Origin: a virus
Lineage: Duplodnaviria > Caudoviricetes
Length of the DNA stretch: 64,000 bases
Virus record (IMG/VR): IMGVR_UViG_3300032321_002024
Location: 198,604-262,603 of that record
Strand: one strand, 5' to 3'
Part shown: positions 1-9,326 of the stretch, piece after piece
Position numbering within the stretch: position 1 is the first letter of the stretch
Layout: each line of letters begins with the position of its first letter
Translations under genes and position numbers: made by a program
The notes under the pieces: model-generated
What the model was told of the DNA's origin: nothing
The model's input: the letters and a program-made list of their open reading frames with translations, nothing else
Database searches by the model: none

Positions 1-80
1 GCATTCTCACAAATCTCAAATGTATGTTGACTAAAAACATTTAGACTGATTAATAAGAACAAAGATAAAATTAGTTTCAT
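1..80 (-). CDS. N-terminal part of a secreted protein (signal peptide), runs off the window
   Basis: ATG at 80 reads MKLILSLFLLISLNVFSQHTFEICEN..., a Sec-type signal peptide; co-oriented with the upstream secreted-protein genes. Confidence 0.65.
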   Translation of the reverse strand, partial: MKLILSLFLLISLNVFSQHTFEICEN

Positions 81-88
81 ATTCTATT

Positions 89-655
89 TTAATTATGTTG
101 TATTGGTGTTAATGTTGGTTGTGGAGAAACTCCGGTATTTGTAGTTGCTGTAAATGAACATCCACCATTGGTATAAGTATATGTTATTGTAGCGGCTCCC
201 GGTCCTGCACTTCCCGGACAAAACTGACCATTGACAACGCCATTACCGGTCCAAGTTCCACCTGCTGGTAAACCAACTAATGCCACACACGGATCTGTAA
301 CACAAAACGGTCCAATTGGTGTAATAGTCGGAACGACTTGATAAATAAGAACATTTAAGTTTACTGCTGGTGATGGACACCCAGCCTGTGAAGTATAAAT
401 AACACTAACTGCGTTATTAATTAATCCTGGAGGACAGTTTGACCAGTTGACTTGAATTTGATTTGTTCCCTGGCCAGATGTGATTGTAGCACAAGCTGGA
501 ACTGTCCAAGTATAAGTTCCCGCACCGATTGAAGTCACTTGATACTGAGATAGTGATTGAGATTGATAACAAACTGTGTCTGGATTTGTTGTGGTTAACT
601 GACCGAATAATATTGTCGTGAGAAACAAAAACGATAATAAAACTAAATTTTTCAT
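89..655 (-). CDS. Secreted Ig/PKD-like beta-sandwich protein with C-terminal PIQHN motif
   Basis: Signal peptide; YTWTV...ITSGQGTNQIQVNW PKD-like pattern; ends TLTPIQHN. Confidence 0.7.
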   Translation of the reverse strand: MKNLVLLSFLFLTTILFGQLTTTNPDTVCYQSQSLSQYQVTSIGAGTYTWTVPACATITSGQGTNQIQVNWSNCPPGLINNAVSVIYTSQAGCPSPAVNLNVLIYQVVPTITPIGPFCVTDPCVALVGLPAGGTWTGNGVVNGQFCPGSAGPGAATITYTYTNGGCSFTATTNTGVSPQPTLTPIQHN

Positions 656-674
656 ACTTTTCTTTTTTTTTATT

Positions 675-1721
675 TTAATTATGGCTTATTGGGCCTAAAA
701 TTACTTGAGGTGGTTGAGTTATTGTAACACTTCCAGTAGCTATACAACCATTTAAATTAACAGATACTGTATAGGTTCCTGGACAAAGATTAGATATTGA
801 TTGAGTGGTCAATCCGTTTGACCAAAGGTAAGTTGCTCCTGGATAGTTAGCATTTGCAGTTCCGTTACAAAGACCAAAACAAGTTACATTTGTTGAAGTT
901 GGATTTACAATTAAATTTACAGGAGTCCAAGTTATCGAAACATATCCGTTTCCTGTATTGTTTCCAGCAAGACAACTTCCACCGACCGGTATTAATGAAG
1001 AACCAGCTCCACCTCCACCACCTCCGTTAGATCCTGTGCAACAACCATCATTTCCACCACCTCCACCTCCGTAGTAACCTCCACCGCCGCCTCCACCAGA
1101 AGCAGTTTGCCAAAATCCACCATTACCTCCTTGACCTAATGTTCCTGATTGTCCACCTGGAGGAGTTCCAGCCCAGGGAGCACCACCAGCACCACCTGTA
1201 GTTTGAGTCCCGCCTCCGCCACCAAATCCAAAACTATTTACACCCGCACCTCCATTGTTGCAATTAGACACACCACCACTTGTAGTGGTTGTTGAACCTC
1301 CGCCTTTTCCGCCACCACCTCCAGCTACAATTACTCTGTTACCTAAAGCAGTTCCACCAATTCTGATATCAGAAGCACCTCCACCTCCACAAGAATTATA
1401 ATTTGCGTTTGCTGGATTAGATGCAAAACCTGTTCCTCCACCATTCCAACCACCTGAGTTATTACCACAAGAACCTTGACCACCAACATAAATATTTAGA
1501 ATTTGACCAGGTGTTACAGCTATTGTTGCTGAGATTCTAGCACCGTTTCCTCCGATATTTCCTCCTCCTTTTGCCCCAGCAACAATTACGTTTATAGAAG
1601 TGACACATGGTGGAACTGTCCAGGTTTGGACGTTTCCTGTATAATTAAAAGTTTGAGATTGAGCAAATAATATATTAAATACTGAAGATAGAACCAATAA
1701 AATTGAAAAAACTATTCTCAC
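675..1721 (-). CDS. Secreted glycine-rich protein with SprB-like repeat and C-terminal PISHN motif
   Basis: Signal peptide; FNYTGNVQTWTVP plus polyglycine domain; NVTCFGLCNGTA...YLWSNG...NLCPGTYTVSV SprB-like repeat. Confidence 0.75.
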   Translation of the reverse strand: MRIVFSILLVLSSVFNILFAQSQTFNYTGNVQTWTVPPCVTSINVIVAGAKGGGNIGGNGARISATIAVTPGQILNIYVGGQGSCGNNSGGWNGGGTGFASNPANANYNSCGGGGASDIRIGGTALGNRVIVAGGGGGKGGGSTTTTSGGVSNCNNGGAGVNSFGFGGGGGTQTTGGAGGAPWAGTPPGGQSGTLGQGGNGGFWQTASGGGGGGGYYGGGGGGNDGCCTGSNGGGGGGAGSSLIPVGGSCLAGNNTGNGYVSITWTPVNLIVNPTSTNVTCFGLCNGTANANYPGATYLWSNGLTTQSISNLCPGTYTVSVNLNGCIATGSVTITQPPQVILGPISHN

Positions 1722-4172
1722 CTATTTAATTTCTATTTTAACAATTTGAGTGTATTCAATATTGTTACTAATGTATATATAGTATATTCCAGATGAACTT
1801 TTTACATTATCAATATAAATTGCGTTTATACCTGGTTTAACATTTATCTCTTTGTTTAAAATCTCAGCACCCTTTGTATCTTTAATAAAAATTGAACATT
1901 CCCCAACTAAGTTTTTGTTATTTAACAATATTTGAAATTGACCAGAATTAGGATTTGGAAATATTGAAAAATAACCACTATTATTTGTTTGACAATTTAC
2001 ATTTATTGGACCATATTCTTTTGATTTACCATCAGTATCAATTTGTAATAGTTTATAATATCCGTTTCCGTAATATCCTTCATTATCAACAGTAGAATAA
2101 TAAATTAATTGTGTTGAATTTCCAGATGACTCAACATTAGTTAATTGAGACCAATCTAAACCATTTCTAGATTTTAAAATACTAAAATAATCACTATTAT
2201 GCTCACTAGATGTAATCCAATTTAAAGTTACTATACCTTCTTCACAATTTCCATCAAAACTTACTAATTCAACCGGAAGTGCACCATTGACGATAACAAA
2301 GAAATCGATGATTTGTGTTCCACAGTTGTAGCCATTGGAAACGGTTGCTCGAACCGATCCGTCTGTTGTTGTTTGTGGCCAAGTAAAAGTAATCGTTGGT
2401 GAATTGGAATTAGCGATGTTTATCCACATAGGTGCAGTTACGGACTCTGTATAAGACCATTGGTAGTTCACTCCAGCTATTGGTGTGATTGAATAGGTTT
2501 CTTGCGTTCCTGCTATAATGGTATTATTTCCCGATATGTTAGATACTGATCCAACAGAAGGATTAACGGTTATTGTTGTCGATGTTGATGTTGAACATCC
2601 GTTTGATGTTGCGGTTAATTGATAGGTTTGTGTAGTTGTGGGAGAGGCAAAAGGACTTGGCGCAGCTGGATTTGAGAGTCCGGTTGATGGAGTCCATAGA
2701 TACGTTATCGGTGATCCACCTGTGTTTCCTACCGATGAAATCAATTGAGTATTTGACCCATTACATATAGTATTAGTTACTGCGTTGATGTTTATCACAG
2801 GGTTGGAATTAACTGTTATAGTTATTGAGGCACAACCTCCACTAAAAAGACCACCGTTTAGATTTCTTGCATAGTATGTAGTGGTTGATGCAGGACTTAC
2901 CGAGATGGAATTTCCGGTTGCCACAAAAGTGGAAGCACATCCTCCGGTATACCAATAAACCACTCCAATAGCACCGTTTGCTGTCAAAGTGGTAGATGAT
3001 CCATCACAAATAGTATTTTGTGTTGCAGATATAGAGGATGGATCTGGTGGAGGCGGAGATACACATGTTAGATTAACAGAAAAGCCACTATTTGATGAAT
3101 ATCCATGAACCAATATGTAGTAAATTGTTCCTACTGTGGAAGTCCATGAATATGAAGCAGACGTACTAGCACAAGCTGGGCCATAATCATCATTACCTCC
3201 TACGCATGTTAGTGTGCTACAATTTGGTCCAGAAAAAACACTAATTTTGCTATCCCAAGCAGTTGCACATAGAGAAGCTGTCATGATTTGTCCGTTTCCT
3301 GTTACAGCATACCATACACCCGGCATTGTTTGCATGGTAGTGCAAGTTCCATTTTCGCCAGTGCCTGAGTTTGTTGCATTTACAGTAGTTCCCGATAATG
3401 TTTGACCACACGTAATAGATGTTGAATTACAGACTAAATCGTTGGATGGCGGGGTTGGTGCAGAACATGTTAAACAAGATATTGAGGATGTTCCACAACT
3501 TGAAGCAGTTCCACACGTATTATTTGTATTGTAATGCACAAAATATGTTCCTGAAGATGGGCAAACCCAATTTAGTGGAGAGTTTCCACTAGTAACTACA
3601 GTACCATTATAAGTTCCCGATCTAACTGTGATATATCCACCTAAATTGTAATATGATTGATATGTTTGTCCTGCAACACAAGAAGTAATTGTACTATACT
3701 CTGCTTGATATTGACATGTACTAATAGTTACAGTTGTTGGAGTTGATGGAGCGATTGCTGATCCGTATGATGAGGTATTAGTACACGGTCCGGGAGCTGC
3801 AGCTGCACAGCTCCCTAGTACTGTTTGTCCACCTGTAGTTGCAGTACCCGCAACTGGTTGTATAGTATTGATTATGATAGACCCTGCTCCATTGAGGACT
3901 TGTATACGCATTTCGGAAGGGTATAATCCAGCTGCTGTTCGATAGACTCTAATCGTGGCACCTACTGCGGCAGTAAATGTAGAATTGGTAGGCCCTAATC
4001 CAACACAACTTAAGCCACTTAAAACAGTAACTCCATTAACTGAAACTGCAACGGTTCCTCCGTTCCAACCGTCACCAAAGGTATCTGTTCGTTTAATTGT
4101 GTGTGTACATGATTGTGAAAGTACAGCCGTGTAAGTAAAAAGAAAGAAAAAAATTGCAATTAAAGACTTCAT
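1722..4172 (-). CDS. T9SS type A sorting-domain-containing secreted protein
   Basis: Signal peptide; Cys/Thr-rich Ig-like repeats; LPVELVSF domain; C-terminal IFPNP...GIYYI...VKIEIK typical of a T9SS CTD. Confidence 0.85.
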   Translation of the reverse strand: MKSLIAIFFFLFTYTAVLSQSCTHTIKRTDTFGDGWNGGTVAVSVNGVTVLSGLSCVGLGPTNSTFTAAVGATIRVYRTAAGLYPSEMRIQVLNGAGSIIINTIQPVAGTATTGGQTVLGSCAAAAPGPCTNTSSYGSAIAPSTPTTVTISTCQYQAEYSTITSCVAGQTYQSYYNLGGYITVRSGTYNGTVVTSGNSPLNWVCPSSGTYFVHYNTNNTCGTASSCGTSSISCLTCSAPTPPSNDLVCNSTSITCGQTLSGTTVNATNSGTGENGTCTTMQTMPGVWYAVTGNGQIMTASLCATAWDSKISVFSGPNCSTLTCVGGNDDYGPACASTSASYSWTSTVGTIYYILVHGYSSNSGFSVNLTCVSPPPPDPSSISATQNTICDGSSTTLTANGAIGVVYWYTGGCASTFVATGNSISVSPASTTTYYARNLNGGLFSGGCASITITVNSNPVININAVTNTICNGSNTQLISSVGNTGGSPITYLWTPSTGLSNPAAPSPFASPTTTQTYQLTATSNGCSTSTSTTITVNPSVGSVSNISGNNTIIAGTQETYSITPIAGVNYQWSYTESVTAPMWINIANSNSPTITFTWPQTTTDGSVRATVSNGYNCGTQIIDFFVIVNGALPVELVSFDGNCEEGIVTLNWITSSEHNSDYFSILKSRNGLDWSQLTNVESSGNSTQLIYYSTVDNEGYYGNGYYKLLQIDTDGKSKEYGPINVNCQTNNSGYFSIFPNPNSGQFQILLNNKNLVGECSIFIKDTKGAEILNKEINVKPGINAIYIDNVKSSSGIYYIYISNNIEYTQIVKIEIK

Positions 4173-4351
4173 AGTTCAAAATATTTTATTTGAACTCACT
4201 TGAAGAATCTTTTTAAGAAACCCCCATCTTCCATGGGCCGGTCGAGTATTAGTGTATATATCTTTTGATTATGTGAGGTTTTACTGAAAAAGTATTAAAA
4301 AAAATATACTCTGTATATGATTTAGCAAAATCAATATCTGGGTTAGCATTC

Positions 4352-6592
4352 TTATTCAAATAGAGGGAATCTTGGTAGATATAATCTAGTTGTTGCGTTA
4401 TCAGCAAAGATTAGATATTTCGAATCATCTCTAATGATGTATTGATTACACATCTTATTGTGTTCTGTTTCAGGTATTATTTCTGTAAATAATCTTATAT
4501 TAGTGATCTTCATATCTGATGCTAAAATCTCTGGATTGAAACCTTCAGCTTCAAATTCAAACTGTTCTATATCAAATGACTGTTTGTATAACTGTCTTAA
4601 CATAGTATATGATAAATTAGCAGCCTCATCTTCTTCATCAACATTTCTCTTATAGATAAACTGTTCAGCTTTTTTGTTTCTCTGATCTACATTTAATACA
4701 TAACAATACCAAGTATCTTCTGTAAGAGCAATCGCATTGTTATTAGGTTGTCCCATTAAAGATTGACTATATGTCACTCCATTAAGAGTGAATTTTAACT
4801 CATCACTTTCAAGTTCAAACTTATATCCTATATTCGAATTATAATTATAGTAACTCATAAAGTTATACGTTTCACCTGGTATATAATTATTCAAATTAAA
4901 CCAACACATAAATCCTATATTATTAGTAGTTCCTAAAATAGGATTAAAGTTTACATATCTAACTGCTAAATTTCTATAAGCTAGTGATGATAAATCATAA
5001 TGAGCTTTTGAAATAATCGTAGTTGAGTTTTCAATTAATTCTTTATTTATACTTGCATTATATTCTAACCTTATAACTTCAGTAGTAAGTGGTTTAAATT
5101 GATCTTTGTTTGCAATTGCTTCTTTTTCTTGGTTATTTTCAAATCCAAATAACTCATCAATTGTTGTGTTTTTAGTAAGTCTATCAACAGATTGTTTGAT
5201 GTTTTCATCTGCGTAGGTGATGTTTGCGGTTTTGTTGTATTTTTTCAGAACCAGTTTGTAGTAAACTGCCGCATTGTTAAAATTTCTAAACTGTTGAGCA
5301 TGATCAACAGAATACATCCTATTTAAATCACAGAAATATAAAAAGTCTTCTTTTGCTGGTCTTCTTTGAGCTCCAAAAATCTCTTTGAATTGTTGTTTAG
5401 TTATATGAACTTGAAATGATTCAAATAAATTCAAATCAAATTGATTCATTATAATCTGTGAATCGGGAAAATTGTTTCCTTCTACTGAGACTTTTAATTC
5501 TCCTTCACAAACTACATTATATAATTGATACTCGTGAAGTATTGTATCTTGTCCTTTTTTATCTGGATCAGTTGCGTAGTAAATTACTCTATGTCCAAAA
5601 ATCATCTGAGCATCATTACTCAATTTTTGTAATAAATTCATAGCCTGACTTTGTTGATAAGGATTGAAAAGATTTGCCTTCTCATCTGTAGTCATTTGTG
5701 GTAGTGAGCTTGTTTCTGGATCACATCCAGGCCCACCTGAACTTCCATTAGCATTTAAATTACTATTAGGAACAAATACTCCATTCTCATCATAAGCACC
5801 CATTAAATTAGACTGACAACATTGTCTAATACCAAACAAGTTAGTTTTCTTAGAATCTTCCGAGACATTTTGAAAACTTCCTAATAGATTTATATCTTGT
5901 ATAGTCACACTTTGATTTGAATTATTTTCTATTAAATATTCAATTTGAAAAAATCTAATTGGATTTATTCTTCTCGTTGTTATATTTTCTTTAGTGAATA
6001 ATTCATAATCAGACCAACTTCTACTACTATCTTGTGAAAATCTATAAGATATTTTACAACCTGATGGAATTCCAGTTGATGATATAATTTCAATATCTGT
6101 AATTCTAAATACTTTAAAAATAAAAGGTGGCTTAATAATAAGAGTTTTACCAGCTGGAATTGTAGATACACCCTCTTCATTTTGCATTGGTCTTTCTAAT
6201 TCACCTTGAATATTATATTCTAAAATTCTAATTACACCAATAGTAGATGTTCCTTTTCTTACCCATTTAACTTCTAAATAAAAAGGATCTAATGGATCGA
6301 TAATTGGAAAGTTCATAACTTTTAAAGTTAGGTCTAACCAATCTGTCCAATTTTGACCATCTCTTGAAACTCTATAATAGTTTAGTAAATATCTTGCGTC
6401 GGTTAATCCAATAGTGTCATAGTAAAATCTTGTTAACGTTTTAACATTTTGAATTTCAGGAAACGACAAAATATATTCATCTCCAATATTTGAAAATGAA
6501 GGACAAGCGTTAGCCGCTTGAACTCCTACAGTTGGATCGAATTTGTCTGAAATAACAAGTTTACCTAGAATTATATCTGAAGAGATGTTCAT
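4352..6592 (-). CDS. Virion neck protein, T4 gp14-like core with extra N-terminal domains and a C-terminal LamG-like domain
   Basis: FGHRVIYY...ILHEY...HITKQQF...RPAKEDFLYF resembles gp14-type head-completion proteins; late-promoter motif upstream. Confidence 0.6.
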   Translation of the reverse strand: MNISSDIILGKLVISDKFDPTVGVQAANACPSFSNIGDEYILSFPEIQNVKTLTRFYYDTIGLTDARYLLNYYRVSRDGQNWTDWLDLTLKVMNFPIIDPLDPFYLEVKWVRKGTSTIGVIRILEYNIQGELERPMQNEEGVSTIPAGKTLIIKPPFIFKVFRITDIEIISSTGIPSGCKISYRFSQDSSRSWSDYELFTKENITTRRINPIRFFQIEYLIENNSNQSVTIQDINLLGSFQNVSEDSKKTNLFGIRQCCQSNLMGAYDENGVFVPNSNLNANGSSGGPGCDPETSSLPQMTTDEKANLFNPYQQSQAMNLLQKLSNDAQMIFGHRVIYYATDPDKKGQDTILHEYQLYNVVCEGELKVSVEGNNFPDSQIIMNQFDLNLFESFQVHITKQQFKEIFGAQRRPAKEDFLYFCDLNRMYSVDHAQQFRNFNNAAVYYKLVLKKYNKTANITYADENIKQSVDRLTKNTTIDELFGFENNQEKEAIANKDQFKPLTTEVIRLEYNASINKELIENSTTIISKAHYDLSSLAYRNLAVRYVNFNPILGTTNNIGFMCWFNLNNYIPGETYNFMSYYNYNSNIGYKFELESDELKFTLNGVTYSQSLMGQPNNNAIALTEDTWYCYVLNVDQRNKKAEQFIYKRNVDEEDEAANLSYTMLRQLYKQSFDIEQFEFEAEGFNPEILASDMKITNIRLFTEIIPETEHNKMCNQYIIRDDSKYLIFADNATTRLYLPRFPLFE

Positions 6593-6597
6593 GAAAG

Positions 6598-6606
6598 TAT
6601 ATATTA
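6598..6606 (-). promoter_or_regulatory. Putative phage late promoter TAATATATA
   Basis: Motif 5 nt upstream of the neck gene ATG; recurs before structural and tagged genes. Confidence 0.6.
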
Positions 6607-6639
6607 AAATTATTTATTCACAATAATATTTGTGAAAAA

Positions 6640-6671
6640 TTTGTTAAAACAATAAATACTCCGTATATTTG
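6640..6671 (+). promoter_or_regulatory. Bacteroidota sigma70-type promoter
   Basis: TTTG (6640-43), 20-nt spacer, TATATTTG (6664-71). Confidence 0.75.
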
Positions 6672-6738
6672 TATAAATCTATCAAAGGATAGTAGTTTAG
6701 AATAGTTCTAAACTGAATTGAAATAAAAAATATAAATT

Positions 6739-7983
6739 ATGAATATTAAAGAAAAGTTCTTAGAATTAACAAGCAGAACCTACCCTCACGGGACAGAGGA
6801 AGAACTATTTCCAATTTTATTTAATACCGTAGATGGTCTGCAGAAAGACGAGTTCGGAAACCTATTCATAAAAATCGGAGATAGTGATGTAATGTTTACT
6901 TCACACTTAGATACAGCAACTTCTGCTAACACTCCAGTAAATCATGTTTTTGATGGTGATATTATTAAAACAGATGGTAAATCTATCTTAGGAGCTGACG
7001 ATAAATCAGGTGTTACTATTATGTTGTATATGATTAAAAACAACATACCAGGTCTTTACTATTTCTTCTTAGGTGAAGAAGTTGGATGTATCGGTTCAAA
7101 AAAAGTGGCTAACGTTCAAAAAGAAAATAAAATTGAAGGTATCAATAAAGTAATTTCATTTGACCGTAGAGGAACCAATTCGGTTATTACTTATCAAAGT
7201 GGTAAAAGATGTTGTTCAGATAACTTTGGTAAAACACTAGCTGCTCAACTTAATCAAGCAGGTGGTGATTTTGAATATGAAACTGATCCAACTGGAATTT
7301 TAACAGACTCTATTCAATTTATTAGTATCTATTCAGAGTGTACAAATATCTCTGTAGGTTATCAATCAGAACACACTTATTCTGAAACTCAGAATATTAA
7401 ACACTTAGAAAAATTAGCTGAGGCTTGTTTAAAAGTTGATTGGAATTCACTTCCTGTTGAAAGAGATCCTTCTGTAGTAGAGTATAAATCTTATGGTAGC
7501 TCTTGGGGTTCTCCAGGTTGGGATGATTATGATGATTACCATGGTTATGGATATGGGTCTAGAAGTCAAGTAAAAGGATATTCTACTTACAACAATTGGG
7601 GGAGTATAACTAAACCAAAGACAAAAACAGAAAACATTTGGTTTCACGATAAGAAATACAACTATGTTTCAAAAATAGAAATTGAAGAGTGGACTAAAAA
7701 AGTAATTTCAGTTGACCTTTGTAAAGAAAGAATTTCTGAGGAAAAGATTATTATTGACTCATTGTTGAAATCTCTTGACTTAGATTTCAAATCAACAGAG
7801 TGGAACGGTTTCAAACTTAAAGTCAATTATGAAACAAACTACTCAACAGAGTGCGATAGAAATGATTTGATTGGATATCTACCAGAATTAGACTACTCTA
7901 AAACTGAAGATTTAGGAGATTTCTCAAACAATTTCTTTGATACAGATTCTTACTTGGATATGTGTGATGGTTTTTATGACTAA
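6739..7983 (+). CDS. M28/M20-family zinc peptidase
   Basis: SHLDT, LGADDKSG, GEEVGCIGS, FDRRG, NISVGY..EH metal-ligand motifs. Confidence 0.8.
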   Translation: MNIKEKFLELTSRTYPHGTEEELFPILFNTVDGLQKDEFGNLFIKIGDSDVMFTSHLDTATSANTPVNHVFDGDIIKTDGKSILGADDKSGVTIMLYMIKNNIPGLYYFFLGEEVGCIGSKKVANVQKENKIEGINKVISFDRRGTNSVITYQSGKRCCSDNFGKTLAAQLNQAGGDFEYETDPTGILTDSIQFISIYSECTNISVGYQSEHTYSETQNIKHLEKLAEACLKVDWNSLPVERDPSVVEYKSYGSSWGSPGWDDYDDYHGYGYGSRSQVKGYSTYNNWGSITKPKTKTENIWFHDKKYNYVSKIEIEEWTKKVISVDLCKERISEEKIIIDSLLKSLDLDFKSTEWNGFKLKVNYETNYSTECDRNDLIGYLPELDYSKTEDLGDFSNNFFDTDSYLDMCDGFYD

Positions 7984-7987
7984 TATT

Positions 7988-8185
7988 ATGAAAGTAATTA
8001 AAGATAAATATGTAACTAATTGTGCTAGACACACAAAGGTTGAGTTCGATAATAAAAATTTCAGAAGATTTCATTTTGGATATAAAGGTAGAACCGCCGA
8101 AATACTGTGGCTTTCTAATGAAAGAGAATTTATCCCAGATAGTTTAGAAAAATTCTTAGAAAAAGAATTCAAAAAAGTCGGTTAA
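7988..8185 (+). CDS. Hypothetical protein (likely start ATG 7988 within ORF 7937-8185)
   Basis: Follows the peptidase stop and precedes a terminator. Confidence 0.55.
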   Translation: MKVIKDKYVTNCARHTKVEFDNKNFRRFHFGYKGRTAEILWLSNEREFIPDSLEKFLEKEFKKVG

Positions 8186-8200
8186 TTCCGACTTTTTTTT
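8171..8200 (+). terminator. Intrinsic terminator
   Basis: AGTCGG-TTAATT-CCGACT hairpin plus T-tract. Confidence 0.75.
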
Positions 8201-8212
8201 TATATTTGTAAT

Positions 8213-8350
8213 ATGATGAGCATTTTTAAAAAATATTTTCAAAAAAGAAAGATTAAAGATAAGATTTACAAAGAGTATGAAAATGCTCTTGAGAATAAAG
8301 ATTATATCAGAACTAGTATACTATCCAAAAGATTTCTTAAAATTAAATAA
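8213..8350 (+). CDS. Small basic hypothetical protein (45 aa), likely leaderless
   Basis: MMSIFKKYFQKRKIKDK...FLKIK*; ATG 4 nt after TATATTTG (8201-08); not in the ORF track. Confidence 0.55.
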   Translation: MMSIFKKYFQKRKIKDKIYKEYENALENKDYIRTSILSKRFLKIK

Positions 8351-8352
8351 TT

Positions 8353-8838
8353 ATGAAAATCGGTGAGATTAAATCATTAATTGATGAAAAACAAAAATCA
8401 TCAAATATGTTACATAAACAGTTGATTAATTTACAAACAGAATTAACTCAATTGAGAAGTCAATATAATCTTCTTGAAATGCAAGAATTTGTAAATTATT
8501 TACAAATTGGTGAAGTTATTGAATTAGATAGTTATTATTCATTTAGTGGTTTTTGCAAAGATCCTAAATCTAATAATTCATTTCAATCTGGTGAAAAGAT
8601 AAAAATTGTAAAAAAGAATAAAAAGTCAATCGTTATTGAGGTGGTAAAAAAACACACAAAAAAATGGGATGAAGTTCAAAAGAAGTCAATTATCACAGGT
8701 GAAACTAATCCAGGTTGGAATATCAGAGTTGATTTAGACTCTTTTCATCACTTCTATTTAAAAAGTGCAACAATGAGATCGGCATTTGATTCTTATGTTA
8801 AAAGAAAAAACGCTTTAGATAGTTTATTTGATGAATAA
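8353..8838 (+). CDS. Hypothetical protein (coiled-coil N-terminus; C-terminal tag-like KRKNALDSLF)
   Basis: ORF in operon. Confidence 0.7.
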   Translation: MKIGEIKSLIDEKQKSSNMLHKQLINLQTELTQLRSQYNLLEMQEFVNYLQIGEVIELDSYYSFSGFCKDPKSNNSFQSGEKIKIVKKNKKSIVIEVVKKHTKKWDEVQKKSIITGETNPGWNIRVDLDSFHHFYLKSATMRSAFDSYVKRKNALDSLFDE

Positions 8839-9271
8839 AGAAGTTGAAATATTAAAGATAGGAAGTATCATGCCAATTGTTCCTATTTTAGGTGCAAGAG
8901 TATATGATACTTCTCAGTTTAGAAAAACAACCATTATGGTTGTTTTTGATGGTGGTAAACTATTTGATTACTATGTTAATGGGTTAATAGTAAATTGTGG
9001 TGACGAATATAGTTATCAAAGAACCGCTCAGTCTATTGTCGGTAGCCCTTTTAGTTTCAGACCTGGAGTAAAATCAGAAAATATTTTAAAAGGTATCTCA
9101 GATGGTGAACCAATAATTGGTCAATCTTATACAATAAATAACTCCAGTTGGCACACTTCTAAAGTTGAAAGAATAATAGATGGTTGTATTCTTATTACAA
9201 AAAACTCTGTTTATGCTATTCATAATCTATCCGATGTAAGAGAAAAAAAATTAGGAGATTTAGGTCTATAA
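8828..9271 (+). CDS. Hypothetical protein with C-terminal REKKLGDLGL tag
   Basis: ORF in operon. Confidence 0.7.
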   Translation: MMNKEVEILKIGSIMPIVPILGARVYDTSQFRKTTIMVVFDGGKLFDYYVNGLIVNCGDEYSYQRTAQSIVGSPFSFRPGVKSENILKGISDGEPIIGQSYTINNSSWHTSKVERIIDGCILITKNSVYAIHNLSDVREKKLGDLGL

Positions 9272-9326
9272 CTCTTTATTTTACTATATTTTAAAATTTG
9301 ATTCATATTTTTTAATATATAGTTTA

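Noticed and set aside
675-4172. In-frame TAG-GTG junction at 1721-1724 suggesting stop-codon recoding or a fusion
   Set aside because: Standard code gives long intact genes throughout; the upstream protein ends in a proper T9SS CTD and the downstream one has its own signal peptide; no suppressor tRNA seen.
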